In this document: piece after piece, positions 15,156 to 25,851 of the stretch
Layout of the letters: each line of letters opens with the position of its first letter
How positions within the stretch are numbered: position 1 is the first letter of the stretch
NCBI GenBank assembly: GCA_051117555.1
Contig: JBNPEG010000184.1
Coordinates: forward strand, 24-64,023
DNA length: 64,000 bases
Direction: 5' to 3'
DNA from: Elainellaceae cyanobacterium
GTDB lineage: Bacteria; Cyanobacteriota; Cyanobacteriia; CAZCXK01
The notes under the pieces: generated by a model
Told to the model about the DNA's origin: nothing
The model's database searches: none
Seen by the model: the letters and a program-made list of their open reading frames with translations, nothing else
Position numbers and translations under genes: made by a program

Positions 15156-17684
15156 CTAGTTGGAAGGAGCGTCAGCAACGTGATCCAGGGAGGCGATCGC
15201 CACCGCAGTAATCAGTTCTTGCTTCGGCATTTTGACAATGCGATCGCCCTTCTCATCTTTGCCTCGCAGCGGAGCGGTCTCAACTGGAAGCTGCGCAACT
15301 CGATCGGCATTCGTAATCACGGTGACTGAGGTTCCTGAGTATGCAGGAACAATCCCGACGAGCGAGTCTGTCTTATTAGCAAACTGGATGGCCTGAATGC
15401 CAATATCTCCTCGATTTGAACGTTTGAGGGCATCACCGGGCATCCGTTTGGCATAGCCCTGAGTCGTAACGACTAGCACCTCGTCGCGTTCTTCCGATAA
15501 TCGGGCACACCCAACCAGCTCTTCCTTCTTGCTGAGGCGCAAGGCTGCCTGCCCTTGAGCCGCGCGCCCCATCATGGGGAGCTGCTCATCATCCACCTCA
15601 AAGCGGAGCATCCGTCCGCCTGAGGTCGCTAAAATCAACTGTTCTCTAACCCGGACGAGGCTCACATACAAGACTTCATCATTCTCTTTTAGTTTTAAGG
15701 CTGTGAGCCCCCGCCCTGTGAGATTCGTAAACTCAGACAAGGGGAGCCGTTTAATGCGTCCACGACGGGTCACGATGATCAGGTCATCCTGTTCGTTATC
15801 GGGCGAATGGATAAACTGGGCGGCGATCGCTTCCGGATCACCTTGCACAGAGGGCGGCAGCATCGTGACCAGCGGGGTTCCCTTTGAGTTACGCGACGTA
15901 GGTGGAATATCGCCCACCATCACGGTATATGCTCGCCCGCTGCGTGTCAGTGCCAAAATTTCTTGTCCCGTGGTAGCCGCTTCGACCTGAATAATCGTGT
16001 CGCTGCTCTCTTCTAGAGAGTGTGACTCTTGAGAATCTTGACGGGCTTGTCGCCGTTCATAGGATTTTCTCGAATACCGGCGGACATAGCCCTGCTGCGT
16101 AACCTCCAGTACAACATCTTCTTCAGCCGCCGCTTCAGCCGCCGCTATTTCGGCCAGTCGTTCCGATTCTTCGGCTCGCTCGGCTTCGCTTTGAATGCGA
16201 GTCCGCCGGGGGTCGCCAAACTTTTTCTTGAGGGTTCGCAGATCTTTCTTGAGTGCTTTGAAAAACTCCCGGCGATTTGTCAACAACTCCGTGAGAGTTT
16301 GCATCCGCTCGCTTAGCTCGTCAAACTCAGTTTGCAGTTTTTGCCGCTCTAGCCCTGTCAAGCGACGGAGGGGCATGGCCAAAATCGCATCGGCTTGGCG
16401 ATCGCTAAAGTCAAATTGCTCTTGGAGTTCTGCTTTAGCACTCGTGCCGTCTGGCGCATTGCGCAAAATGTCGATGATGTCATCCAGAATTTCTAGGGCT
16501 GCGAGTAAACCAGCGACCAGGTGGCTTCTATCTTCCGCTGCTTGCAATTCGTGCTGATATTGCCGAGTCAGCGTCTCTTCACGAAAACTAAGGAAATGCT
16601 GGAGCAACTCTCGCAGGCTCATCTGACGCGGCTGCCCATCGGCGAGCGCCAGCAAAATAGCACCAAAGTTACTTTGCAGGGGAGTCAGTTTGTAGAGGCG
16701 ATTGAGAACGGTTTCGGGGTGAACTTCTCGCTTTAGCTCAATGACAACGCGCATTCCTTGGCGATCGCTCTCATCCCGAATATCAGAAATGCCATCAATC
16801 CGGTTATTGTTGACCAACTCCGCAATCTTCTCAATGCAGGCCGCCTTATTAACCTGGAACGGCATTTCGGTAATGATGATCGCAGGGCGACGATGACGCC
16901 CCCGTCCCGTTTGAATCTCCTCAAATTGGGCGATACCTCGAACCGGAATACTCCCTCGCCCCGTTCGATATGCATCGCGAATACCCTGCGTATCTATGAT
17001 TTCTCCGCCTGTCGGAAAGTCAGGCCCTGGAATGAGATCAAAGAGCTGCTCATCCGATAGAGTGGGGCGATCGATCAGAGCAATGAGCCCATCCACAACC
17101 TCGCCTAGGTTATGAGGCGGAACATTCGTTGCCATACCGACCGCAATCCCTGAACTGCCATTGAGCAGTAAAAACGGCAGTTGAGCAGGCAAAACAATCG
17201 GCTCTTGCTGGGAGCTATCAAAGTTGTCAATAAAATCGACAGTGGCTTCTCCAATCTCATCGAGCAAACAATCATCGCCAATGGGCGCGAGACGCGTCTC
17301 GGTATACCGCATCGCCGCAGGCGGATCATTATCCACCGAGCCAAAATTGCCGTGCCCTGCCAGCAACGGATAGCGACTCGAAAAGTCTTGAACCATTCGC
17401 ACCAGGGCGTCGTAGACCGCCTGATCCCCATGCGGATGATATTTACCGAGCACATCCCCCACCACGCGAGCGCACTTACGATGGGGGCGATCGGGAGTTA
17501 AGCCAAGTTCATGCATCGCGTATAGAATGCGTCGATGCACAGGTTTTAGCCCATCTTTGGCATCGGGAAGTGCCCGTCCAACGATGACACTCATGGCATA
17601 TTCCAAATACGACCGCTGCACCTCGGTGTGCAATGCGGTTCCGACGACTTGACCTGGAGAGAGAATATTGAGCTGTCTTGCCAT
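15156..17684 (-). CDS. gyrA: DNA gyrase subunit A.
   Basis: The N-terminal motifs [29 protein letters not shown] and the active-site [10 protein letters not shown] (catalytic Tyr) are present. The 842-aa length, with a C-terminal beta-pinwheel region, fits GyrA. Confidence 0.9.
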   Translation of the reverse strand: MARQLNILSPGQVVGTALHTEVQRSYLEYAMSVIVGRALPDAKDGLKPVHRRILYAMHELGLTPDRPHRKCARVVGDVLGKYHPHGDQAVYDALVRMVQDFSSRYPLLAGHGNFGSVDNDPPAAMRYTETRLAPIGDDCLLDEIGEATVDFIDNFDSSQQEPIVLPAQLPFLLLNGSSGIAVGMATNVPPHNLGEVVDGLIALIDRPTLSDEQLFDLIPGPDFPTGGEIIDTQGIRDAYRTGRGSIPVRGIAQFEEIQTGRGRHRRPAIIITEMPFQVNKAACIEKIAELVNNNRIDGISDIRDESDRQGMRVVIELKREVHPETVLNRLYKLTPLQSNFGAILLALADGQPRQMSLRELLQHFLSFREETLTRQYQHELQAAEDRSHLVAGLLAALEILDDIIDILRNAPDGTSAKAELQEQFDFSDRQADAILAMPLRRLTGLERQKLQTEFDELSERMQTLTELLTNRREFFKALKKDLRTLKKKFGDPRRTRIQSEAERAEESERLAEIAAAEAAAEEDVVLEVTQQGYVRRYSRKSYERRQARQDSQESHSLEESSDTIIQVEAATTGQEILALTRSGRAYTVMVGDIPPTSRNSKGTPLVTMLPPSVQGDPEAIAAQFIHSPDNEQDDLIIVTRRGRIKRLPLSEFTNLTGRGLTALKLKENDEVLYVSLVRVREQLILATSGGRMLRFEVDDEQLPMMGRAAQGQAALRLSKKEELVGCARLSEERDEVLVVTTQGYAKRMPGDALKRSNRGDIGIQAIQFANKTDSLVGIVPAYSGTSVTVITNADRVAQLPVETAPLRGKDEKGDRIVKMPKQELITAVAIASLDHVADAPSN

Positions 17685-17933
17685 GAAATTTTCCCTAGAT
17701 CCTGACTTCCAAATGCCTAAGATGTAACAACTTAAATGATGATGGTGTTATCAAGTTACAAGGTCGCTTGCCTTAGTTATCCAATAATTCGGATAATTTT
17801 GAGGTAGATGTTTCAATATGCAGATACCGCCGATATAAATGGCCAATATAAATGTTGGCTTCCATTTCAAGGTAATATCAAACCGCAGAGCCTGAGAATG
17901 CCTCATGCTGGCAGTGTGAGAAGGTAAAGCACT

Positions 17934-18332
17934 ATGCAAACCGTTTTAATCGTCGAAGATGATCTGATCAACGCCCGCGTTTTTTCCAAAATCTTGGTGA
18001 AACGCGGCGGGCTAGCTGTTAAGCATACCGAAGATGTTGAAGAAGTTCTCCAAATTGCCCAAAACCATGAGGCCGATGTCATTTTGATGGATGTATCTTT
18101 ATCCCGAAGTATGTACCAAGGCAAACCCGTTGACGGCATCAAGATTACCCAAATGTTGAAATCTGATCCGAATACGGCAAACTTGCCAATTATCCTCGTC
18201 ACCGCTCACGCAATGCAAGGCGATCGCGAGAGTTTTCTAGCTCAAAGTGGCGCAGACGCCTATATCTCAAAACCTGTGGTTGACCACCAAGGGTTTGTCG
18301 ATCAAATCGTGGCGCTCCTGCCTAAAGAATAA
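17934..18332 (+). CDS. Single-domain response regulator (CheY-like receiver).
   Basis: VLIVEDDLINARVF...DVILMDVSL...ILVTAHA...KPV carries the receiver-domain hallmarks. Confidence 0.85.
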   Translation: MQTVLIVEDDLINARVFSKILVKRGGLAVKHTEDVEEVLQIAQNHEADVILMDVSLSRSMYQGKPVDGIKITQMLKSDPNTANLPIILVTAHAMQGDRESFLAQSGADAYISKPVVDHQGFVDQIVALLPKE

Positions 18333-18389
18333 GGCATTCTTGCCCCATTACGATACACCTGTACTCTTGCTGTACTGCTACTTTAGCAG

Positions 18390-19664
18390 GTGACACTACA
18401 TGCCGAATCAGATTGTGACTTGATTGAATATGGAGACTCTGTGAAGCTAGCGCGGCACACATGGACATCAGTTTTGCTGGGGATAGGGGTTGCTCTTGCA
18501 TTAATTCTTTCTGAGGCGCTATTGCCCAGTCAGCTTCTATCGCAGGAGCACAATTCAACACCAATGTCTCCTTCTCCTTACGCATCGTCCCCTCGTCAGG
18601 AATTGCGAGGAGTTTGGATGACCAACATCGACAGCGAGGTATTATTCTCTCGTGAGAATCTCAGCGATGGACTAGACCGCTTGAGCCGCCTAAATTTTAA
18701 TACGGTCTATCCCACCGTTTGGAATTGGGGCTATACCCTGTATCCCAGCGCTGTCGCTGAAGCCGAATTCGGGCAATCCCTTGATCCCCATCCGGGGCTA
18801 CAGGGGAGAGACATTCTCACAGAGATCGTTGAACAGGGGCATCAACAAGGGCTTGCTGTGATTCCCTGGTTTGAGTTTGGGCTCATGGCTCCGTCTTATT
18901 CTGTATTAGCGCAACGTCACCCGGACTGGATCACTCAGCGGCAGAATGGAACCCAAATCGTCATGGAAGGGCAACATCCTAGGGTCTGGTTGAATCCGCT
19001 TCACCCTGACGTCCAGCAGTTTATTGTTGACTTGGTAACCGAAATCATTACGACCTATGATGTCGATGGCATTCAGTTTGACGATCACTTTGGAATGCCC
19101 GTTGAGCTTGGCTACGACGACTATACGGTTCAGCAATATCAGCGCGATCATCAGGGGCAGTCTCCACCGGATGATCCCCATGACTCCGAATGGGTACGCT
19201 GGCGGGCAAACAAGATTACCAATTTAATGGTTCAAGTCTTTTATGCCGTCAAGTCTCGCAAACCAGACTGCCTGATTTCTTTGGCTCCCAATCCTTGGCA
19301 GTTTTCATATCAGTTTTATTTGCAAGATTGGTTAACGTGGGAGCGGCTTGGCTTCGTTGAAGAACTCATTGTTCAGGTCTACCGCAACAGTCTCGACAGT
19401 TTTGTTCGAGAGATTGAACGCCCAGAAGTCTTGCAGGCTATGCAGCATATTCCGGTTGGCGTTGGTATTTTAACTGGATTAAAAAATAGACCTGTTCCCA
19501 TGGAACAGATTCAAGAACAGGTCAACACCGTTCGAACCCATGAGCTTTCAGGCGTTTCATTCTTTTTCTATGAGAGCTTAGGCGATCGCGATCGCCACTT
19601 TCAAGCCCTGTTTCCGCAGAATGCTAGTCGGCCTGTGCCCCAAATGGCAGAGAGACAGGAATAA
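18390..19664 (+). CDS. Glycoside-hydrolase-like family 10 (GHL10/DUF187-type) protein with an N-terminal signal anchor.
   Basis: The TM segment is VLLGIGVALALIL. The conserved blocks GVWMTN, FNTVYPTVWNWGYTLYPS, GLAVIPWFEFGLMAP and DGIQFDDHFGMP resemble the family-10-like TIM-barrel hydrolases common in cyanobacteria. Confidence 0.6.
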   Translation: MTLHAESDCDLIEYGDSVKLARHTWTSVLLGIGVALALILSEALLPSQLLSQEHNSTPMSPSPYASSPRQELRGVWMTNIDSEVLFSRENLSDGLDRLSRLNFNTVYPTVWNWGYTLYPSAVAEAEFGQSLDPHPGLQGRDILTEIVEQGHQQGLAVIPWFEFGLMAPSYSVLAQRHPDWITQRQNGTQIVMEGQHPRVWLNPLHPDVQQFIVDLVTEIITTYDVDGIQFDDHFGMPVELGYDDYTVQQYQRDHQGQSPPDDPHDSEWVRWRANKITNLMVQVFYAVKSRKPDCLISLAPNPWQFSYQFYLQDWLTWERLGFVEELIVQVYRNSLDSFVREIERPEVLQAMQHIPVGVGILTGLKNRPVPMEQIQEQVNTVRTHELSGVSFFFYESLGDRDRHFQALFPQNASRPVPQMAERQE

Positions 19665-19670
19665 AAAGCT

Positions 19671-20582
19671 TTATTCTCCCTCTTCTTCGACGTTAGGAAT
19701 CTCTTCAGCGTCAGGACTTGGGCTGTTACTAATCTGAGCAACCGTTTCTCGAATTTGGGGCAAATTGAGGAAAGCTTCGGCTTCAGACAGGAGGCGATCG
19801 CCCCAGAGATTGGCTCGTAAAAACTCCACCTCTGCATAGCGCTGATCGCTCCGGAGAGCCGTTTCACCCAGTCGGACGCCCTCGTCTCGTTCACCCTGGG
19901 CATATAGGGCAACGGCGATCGCCAATTGAGGCTCAGCTTCACCATCCGAAGTGGCTAGGGCTTCTCGCCATTTTTCGAGAGCCCCATCCACATCGCCCAT
20001 TTCATAGAGCACTAAGCCAATATTGTTGGTAGCGGGCCAAAATTGCTCTTCTAGCTCAACAGCCCGTTCGTATTCTTCGATTGCCTGGTCATATTGGCTC
20101 ATTTTGTAGTAGGCATTGCCTAGATCGAAGCGGGCGCCAGGCACATTGGGGCTAATCTCCAGCCCAGCCTGCAAATAGTCTACCGACCTATCATAATCTT
20201 CTATGCGGAAGTAGACCGACCCCAAATCAAATAAGACGGCTGGGTCTTCCGGGTCGATGGCTTCGGCTTGTTTAAGCGCCTCCAGGGACTGGTCAAACTC
20301 TTCCCTTTGGAGATAGAGGCGACCTAGAAGCACCCATACCGCAGAATTGTTGGGAGCCAGTTGACTCGCCAATTCAGCTTTGGGCAGCGCTAGTTCATAC
20401 TGCTGAAATTGTGCCAGTTGAGCTGCTTCTTGTGCAAGGCTAAGTCCTTGCTGCTCGAGCTGTTCTCCATCAAGCTGAGGCACATGAGGCACGAGCGCCT
20501 GCCCATATGCAGCTTGCATCGGGCTGAACAAGCCAACCAAAATAATTAGGGAAATGAAGGGAATACGCTTAGGCACAACCAA
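19671..20582 (-). CDS. Secreted TPR-repeat protein.
   Basis: It has the signal peptide MVVPKRIPFISLIILVGLFSPMQAAYG and several TPR-like units (AxxxLGxxYxxxxxYDxAIxxYxxAL). Confidence 0.75.
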   Translation of the reverse strand: MVVPKRIPFISLIILVGLFSPMQAAYGQALVPHVPQLDGEQLEQQGLSLAQEAAQLAQFQQYELALPKAELASQLAPNNSAVWVLLGRLYLQREEFDQSLEALKQAEAIDPEDPAVLFDLGSVYFRIEDYDRSVDYLQAGLEISPNVPGARFDLGNAYYKMSQYDQAIEEYERAVELEEQFWPATNNIGLVLYEMGDVDGALEKWREALATSDGEAEPQLAIAVALYAQGERDEGVRLGETALRSDQRYAEVEFLRANLWGDRLLSEAEAFLNLPQIRETVAQISNSPSPDAEEIPNVEEEGE

Positions 20583-20657
20583 ATACCATCAAAATTTGAA
20601 TATTGCTTCCGCTAGCTTAGATCATCTACCCCCGGTCGTGGCAAAAATTCTTATATG

Positions 20658-21665
20658 TCACGGTTGCTTTTCACTCTCATCTCCCACTCTCATCTCTAGA
20701 TTCTCCCGAGCATTCCGACGCATCATGTCTGGCTTGATTCGTCGGAGAGCAGATGCGCGAAACCGCTGATCGTGCTCGTCATCTGATAAGGTGGCTAGCT
20801 CATCAAGGGTAGGAGCGACATTCCAAGGATAGGGCTGAAAATCAGAAATATCTGTTTCTTGGGCAAAGCGCTGATTCCACGGGCAGACATCCTGACAAAT
20901 ATCGCACCCTGCAACCCAACCGTCTAGATGAGGGGCGATCGCATCTGGTAACGAATCCGATCGATTTTCGATGGTGTGATACGAGATACAGCGATTTGCA
21001 TCCACGACAAATGGCTGCGTGATGGCTTGGGTTGGGCAGGCGTCGATGCAGCGAGTACAGGTGCCGCAGTGCTCGGTATGCGGGCGATCGGGAGTCAGAG
21101 TGATAGTGGTCAATAGCTCTCCCAAAAATACCCAAGAGCCGTACTCTCGCGTGATCACGTTGCTATTTTTGGCAATCCAGCCAAGTCCGGCTCGTTGTGC
21201 CCACGCTTTGTCTTGAATGGGACCCGCATCGGCGTAATAGCGAACCTGAGCTGTCTCATGATTAGTTTGTATCCAATGGGCGAGTGCCTTCAGCTTTTTC
21301 TGCATGACCCGATGATAGTCTCGTCCCCACCCATAGCGAGAAATCTTAGCATAGTGGTGACCTGGAGGGCGCTGATGCGGCGTGTAATAGTTGAGGGCTA
21401 CACAAATGACCGCCTGGACATTTGGCATTACGCGCCGAATATCCCGCCGTTTAGACGATTCCATCCACGCCATATCGGCGTGATAGCCCTGAGCGAGCCA
21501 TTGTTCTAGCGCCCGGACGTCTGCGGCCTCACCTGCGTCATCCGCTGCATCAGAATGTGGCATCACAGCAGCGATCCCCACTTTGTGAAAACCTAGTTCG
21601 AATGCCTTTTGTTTAATTGATTGACTGGTAAGCTCAACCCTGTCTGGAGTTGCTGGTGACATCAC
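20658..21665 (-). CDS. queG: Epoxyqueuosine reductase (tRNA queuosine biosynthesis).
   Basis: The two 4Fe-4S cluster motifs CGTCTRCIDACP and CDICQDVCPWN and the conserved QueG core WGRDYHRVMQKKL are present. Confidence 0.75.
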   Translation of the reverse strand: MMSPATPDRVELTSQSIKQKAFELGFHKVGIAAVMPHSDAADDAGEAADVRALEQWLAQGYHADMAWMESSKRRDIRRVMPNVQAVICVALNYYTPHQRPPGHHYAKISRYGWGRDYHRVMQKKLKALAHWIQTNHETAQVRYYADAGPIQDKAWAQRAGLGWIAKNSNVITREYGSWVFLGELLTTITLTPDRPHTEHCGTCTRCIDACPTQAITQPFVVDANRCISYHTIENRSDSLPDAIAPHLDGWVAGCDICQDVCPWNQRFAQETDISDFQPYPWNVAPTLDELATLSDDEHDQRFRASALRRIKPDMMRRNARENLEMRVGDESEKQP

Positions 21666-21980
21666 AAACCTGCATACTCATAAAATTAAAATCGAGCTGA
21701 GACGTATTGTCTTGGCGGACTTTGTGTCATGATCTAAATTTATGCCTTAAGGCTGTGTTCCATTATTTCTTCAATTTTATAAGTTCATTACAACGGGCGA
21801 TCGCGCGAAGATTTATATCCAGCAGATTGATGCTAAATGGCAGTTGTGACTCAATTAATGCTGACGGTTGGTTTGAAGGATTGCGACTCATCATCTCATT
21901 GACCATGCATGAATTTGCTGCCGCCGTATGTAGCATTCGCAAGCTTAAAAGACTTAAAAGAAACGAGATTTAGGAGAATA

Positions 21981-22397
21981 ATGTCTATGTCTGCTCAATC
22001 TAAGGTGTCTGAAACAATTATCATTGACGGAATTTCAGACCTCAGCATCTACCGTTATTTTGAAATGCTCAATACCGAAGATTATTCCGCCGCCGCCGCC
22101 TTGTTTGCATCTGACGGTGCATTGCGACCGCCTTTTGAGGAACCCATAATCGGTCGAGAGGCGATCGCCCACTACCTAACCACCGAAGCCGCCGGAATGC
22201 GACTTCAACCCCGCCAAGGAACCTTGGAGCGCCTCGATGACGGAAACACCCAGTACCACATCACTGGAAAGGTGCAAACCTCTATGTTTGGCGTCAATGT
22301 CGCGTGGTTCTTTATCCTAAACCCTCAATCAGACATTGTATCTGTTCGAGTTAAGCTCCTGGCTGCCCCCCAAGATCTGCTCAACATGCGCCGCTAG
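21981..22397 (+). CDS. NTF2-like / SnoaL-like small protein (ketosteroid-isomerase fold).
   Basis: An ATG at 21981 is preceded by a ggag Shine-Dalgarno sequence. It is a 138-aa protein with the ETIIIDGISDLSIYRYFEMLNTEDYSAAAALFASDGAL pattern typical of SnoaL-like domains. Confidence 0.5.
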   Translation: MSMSAQSKVSETIIIDGISDLSIYRYFEMLNTEDYSAAAALFASDGALRPPFEEPIIGREAIAHYLTTEAAGMRLQPRQGTLERLDDGNTQYHITGKVQTSMFGVNVAWFFILNPQSDIVSVRVKLLAAPQDLLNMRR

Positions 22398-22447
22398 TCT
22401 GACTCAATCAGCTTATAGGACTAGGCTTCGGGACTAGGCGTTGGAAA

Positions 22448-23062
22448 TTAGCCCTTGGCTAAGACGCCATTTAAGAAAATATCAGCTATGCCTTCCGCCA
22501 TTTCCTTCATAGACTCAGGCGATGCCCCTTCTTTCATCACAGTGTCTTTGCTGAAACCCGATACCGCAAACATTCCCAAAAATATTTGAGCAACCACGCG
22601 AGGATTCATGGGGCGGTAGATTCCCCGATCCATGGCGGTTTGGAAAAACGCCTCGGCAACATCTGTCATCTTGTCGATGATTTCTGACTGGATGCGATCG
22701 CGCAAGTCAGGATGAAACTGAGCTTCCATAAAACAAACTCGTAGCATGTCAGCATTTTTGTGCATTTGCAGCATGCGTTTACGCATGACCTGATCAATGG
22801 CTTTATAGCTGCCCATTTCGCTCAGTTCGGTTAAGAGATCGGTCAAAATCTCAACCCAACCCTGAGTGACGACTTCTACAAGGATTGCTTTTTTGTTCTC
22901 AAAATGTCGAAATAGGGTTCCTTCGGCAATTCCCGCTGCATGAGCTAACTCGCGAGTTGTCGTGCCATCATACCCTTGACGGGCAAATAGCCGTTGTGCA
23001 GCTTTTAGGATTCGAGCTTGAGTTTCCTCCTCAGCGGGAGGAGAACGATATAGAAGTCCCAT
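22448..23062 (-). CDS. TetR-family transcriptional regulator.
   Basis: The N-terminal HTH is ILKAAQRLFARQGYDGTTTRELAHAAGIAEGTLFRHFENK. Confidence 0.85.
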   Translation of the reverse strand: MGLLYRSPPAEEETQARILKAAQRLFARQGYDGTTTRELAHAAGIAEGTLFRHFENKKAILVEVVTQGWVEILTDLLTELSEMGSYKAIDQVMRKRMLQMHKNADMLRVCFMEAQFHPDLRDRIQSEIIDKMTDVAEAFFQTAMDRGIYRPMNPRVVAQIFLGMFAVSGFSKDTVMKEGASPESMKEMAEGIADIFLNGVLAKG

Positions 23063-23422
23063 AGTCAGGCGCCCAACTTACAAAAAACTCGATATCTCTG
23101 TAATCAGAATATGGGGAATGTTTCTTAAATTGTCTAACGTCCGAGTGATTCATCCCAGCAACATTTACAGAACATTACGAAGTAAGGCTTTTAAATACGC
23201 AATTTAAATGTAAATATGCGGTTATTAAGAAGAGGTTTGGAGGCAGATAACCTCAATTGGATATAGGAATGGGTAGCATAGCAAGCCCAGACCGTGCGAG
23301 AGTTTTAACGTTTAGAACCGATTCAACAAACGGAGCGAACCGTTAAATAAACCTGCTGAGTTTTAAGCATCGCTGCATAGGATGGAAAAATTCGATATAA
23401 AATGGGAGTCCATGCAGCTTTC

Positions 23423-23495
23423 CCAGGGTTGGCCGAGCGGTTGAGGCAGCGAACTCATAATTCGCGCTAGGCAGGTTCGACTCCTGCACCCTGGA
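23423..23495 (+). tRNA. tRNA with anticodon CAU. It is an elongator tRNA-Met or a lysidine-type tRNA-Ile2, and it is not initiator-like.
   Basis: A manual cloverleaf gives acceptor ccagggt/accctgg, U8, a D-loop with GG, anticodon stem gcgaa/ttcgc with loop ctCATaa, and T-arm gcagg-ttcgact-cctgc. No CCA is encoded. The anticodon stem lacks the three G-C pairs of initiator tRNAs. Confidence 0.8.
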
Positions 23496-23533
23496 TTTTC
23501 AGGATACGCAGCGATCGCTGCCATAGCGCAGCA

Positions 23534-24004
23534 CTACCACAGCGCAGGCACAGGCTGTGGAGGCGTGGGTTGTTGCTGAACGGGTAGAGGGACTGGCGGA
23601 ATCGGGTCACGCCTTACGTCTCGTTCTTCCTCAACTTCGGGAGGCATTGATAGCAGGGACGTTTCGTAGGGATTGACTAAATCCGGAGTTCGAATCAGCG
23701 GTGTTGTTGAGACTTGCGCGTCTAGCAGCTCATTATAAATCTCATTGATTTCTCGCCCATCCCGATAAATTTCATTTTCTGGATATGAAAGTCCAAAAAC
23801 CCACTCAACCTGCCGAGTCAGCGATCGATTTCGATAGAAGTCGCGATCGTGGGAGAAATATTCGTTCTCAACGGCTTCAAAAATTGTGATGGTTTCGTCT
23901 AGCTCAGTTGGGGCTTGCTGGGCGATCGCTACACCAGACGTAAAAATTAGCGAGGAAGTTGCTAGCGTCAATGCAGCAAAGGAATTCTTAAGGCTGATGC
24001 TCAT
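23534..24004 (-). CDS. Hypothetical secreted protein with a Pro-rich C-terminus.
   Basis: It has the signal peptide MSISLKNSFAALTLATSSLIFTSGVAIAQQA and the C-terminal stretch PIPPVPLPVQQQPTPPQPVPALW. Confidence 0.55.
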   Translation of the reverse strand: MSISLKNSFAALTLATSSLIFTSGVAIAQQAPTELDETITIFEAVENEYFSHDRDFYRNRSLTRQVEWVFGLSYPENEIYRDGREINEIYNELLDAQVSTTPLIRTPDLVNPYETSLLSMPPEVEEERDVRRDPIPPVPLPVQQQPTPPQPVPALW

Positions 24005-24192
24005 ATTTAATCCTCAGCTTTTAATGCGTGATAATTCATATTAAAGCGTATGATCATCAACAGTCGAATTTTTTATGATTCGGCATTACCTATGGTTTTT
24101 GATCGTAATTCAAACTCATCAGAATCCAGTGTCTAAATTCTAAAAGCCAAAATGAACAAACTGGCATCGAAAGAATTGGTCTGTTTCAGTTC

Positions 24193-24846
24193 TTGATCAT
24201 CATGAACTCATCCGCCATGGATCCCGCTCTGATTCAAACAGAATTAATTCAGCTCCGAGAATTAACTGACCCGGACGAACTGCGTTTGCGCTTGCTTGAT
24301 CTGTTGTGTACTGTCGCATATCAGGAAGGCGACTTTGTTCTCTCGTCTGGGCAGCAGAGTAGCTATTACATCAACGGGAAGCAGGTGACGCTTCATCCGA
24401 TGGGTGGATTTTTGGTTGGGCGAACTGTGATGTCTAGAGTTTTGCCTGACGTGCAAGCGGTTGCTGGATTGACATTGGGAGCCGATCCGATGGTTTCGGC
24501 AGTGAGCGTTGTAGGGGCGTATGAGGGGCGATCGCTCGCGGCACTCATCATTCGCAAAGAAGCCAAAGGGCATGGTACTCGCGCTTACATCGAAGGTCCA
24601 GATTTACCATCCGGAACTCCCATTGCAGTCTTAGAAGATGTCGTAACGACGGGGCAATCTGCTCTCAAAGCGGTCGATCGCCTGAAACAAGCAGGCTATG
24701 TTATTCGTCAAATAATTGCGTTGGTCGATCGCAATCAGGGGGCTGCTGAGCTTTATCAACACCATGATTTACCATTCCAGGCATTATTTTCTATTCACGA
24801 TATCCAGGCTCGATGGGCGCAACTCCAGGCTGATTCAAATTCGTAG
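24193..24846 (+). CDS. pyrE: Orotate phosphoribosyltransferase-like (type I PRTase).
   Basis: GDFVLSSGQQSSYYINGKQV matches the PyrE hood region. The PRPP-binding motif is IAVLEDVVTTGQS. The start may be an internal Met (MDPALIQ). Confidence 0.7.
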   Translation: MIIMNSSAMDPALIQTELIQLRELTDPDELRLRLLDLLCTVAYQEGDFVLSSGQQSSYYINGKQVTLHPMGGFLVGRTVMSRVLPDVQAVAGLTLGADPMVSAVSVVGAYEGRSLAALIIRKEAKGHGTRAYIEGPDLPSGTPIAVLEDVVTTGQSALKAVDRLKQAGYVIRQIIALVDRNQGAAELYQHHDLPFQALFSIHDIQARWAQLQADSNS

Positions 24847-25030
24847 TTTGGCTTGAATGCTAGATTAAAAAAAGTTTTGCATGATGTCATAGCAGTTGAT
24901 TAGCCAGTCTGGTCGCAAGGCAACTTACATGGTCACGGACATAGTCACGGACATAGTCACGGATTAGCATTTGCTAATTCAGAATTTGAATCTTAAAGTT
25001 TTAATCTAAACAACGTGGGAACTCTAAGGG

Positions 25031-25675
25031 ATGAATAGACACCTGCCTTATTCTCATTCGTTAAATGCTATTCTTAGTTCTGCTCTGTTGGTCCTCTTAG
25101 CACAAGGAGCAGGCGTAGCTCAAACCCCTCCTGCTCCGTCCTCCAGTGAAGCCGAGCCGTCTGACGACTTGACCGCTGTTTATTTACAGCCGCTATCCCT
25201 TCCTGAGCGAGTCTTCCAGCCTTATTATCCGCCGTTATCCCTTTCCAATCTGCCGATTCCAAGCCCTATCTTTCCCGAAGTCGTGCCGAGGATGCAGCTA
25301 GTGATTCGGCTTGGGCAGCGTCGGGTCTATGTCTATAAAAATGACGAAATCTTCATTAGCTACCCGATTGCCGTCGGTCGAGCGGGATGGGAAACGCCCA
25401 CGGGTGAGCATGAGGTTATTAGCATGGTTCAAGACCCAGGATGGCAAAATCCCTTTACCGGAGAGGTGATTCCCCCAGGACCTAGTAACCCACTGGGCGA
25501 ACGGTGGATTGGGTTTTGGACAGATGGGCAGAATTATATTGGGTTTCATGGCACACCCAATACTCAGTCTGTTGGGCGAGCCGCCTCTCATGGCTGTATT
25601 CGGATGTATAACGAAGACGTGCGCGCCCTATTTGAAATTGTGGCGGTAGGAACTCCGGTGATTGTTGAACCCTGA
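25031..25675 (+). CDS. L,D-transpeptidase (YkuD domain), secreted.
   Basis: A signal peptide is present. The catalytic motif is GFHGTPNTQSVGRAASHGCIRM. Confidence 0.85.
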   Translation: MNRHLPYSHSLNAILSSALLVLLAQGAGVAQTPPAPSSSEAEPSDDLTAVYLQPLSLPERVFQPYYPPLSLSNLPIPSPIFPEVVPRMQLVIRLGQRRVYVYKNDEIFISYPIAVGRAGWETPTGEHEVISMVQDPGWQNPFTGEVIPPGPSNPLGERWIGFWTDGQNYIGFHGTPNTQSVGRAASHGCIRMYNEDVRALFEIVAVGTPVIVEP

Positions 25676-25851
25676 TTGCATATGGCCAATCGGATGGCTC
25701 GTATTGTCACTACCCTAGTCTCAGTATTTTATGAATTATTTTATGAATTTTTTACTCAGTCTTCCAAATGGTACTGATTTGAAGGGAGGCACTCGGGCAA
25801 AATAAATGACATAGATTTTCAATTTAGATTTTTATTTATTAATACGCTTTA

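Noticed and set aside
15574-17501. Several plus-strand ORFs of 95-138 aa inside the gyrA region.
   Set aside because: They lie entirely antisense within the well-supported gyrA CDS and have low-complexity Ser/Arg-rich translations.
24920-24962. A triple direct repeat cacggacatagt in the spacer before the L,D-transpeptidase gene.
   Set aside because: It is a short simple repeat with no further structure.
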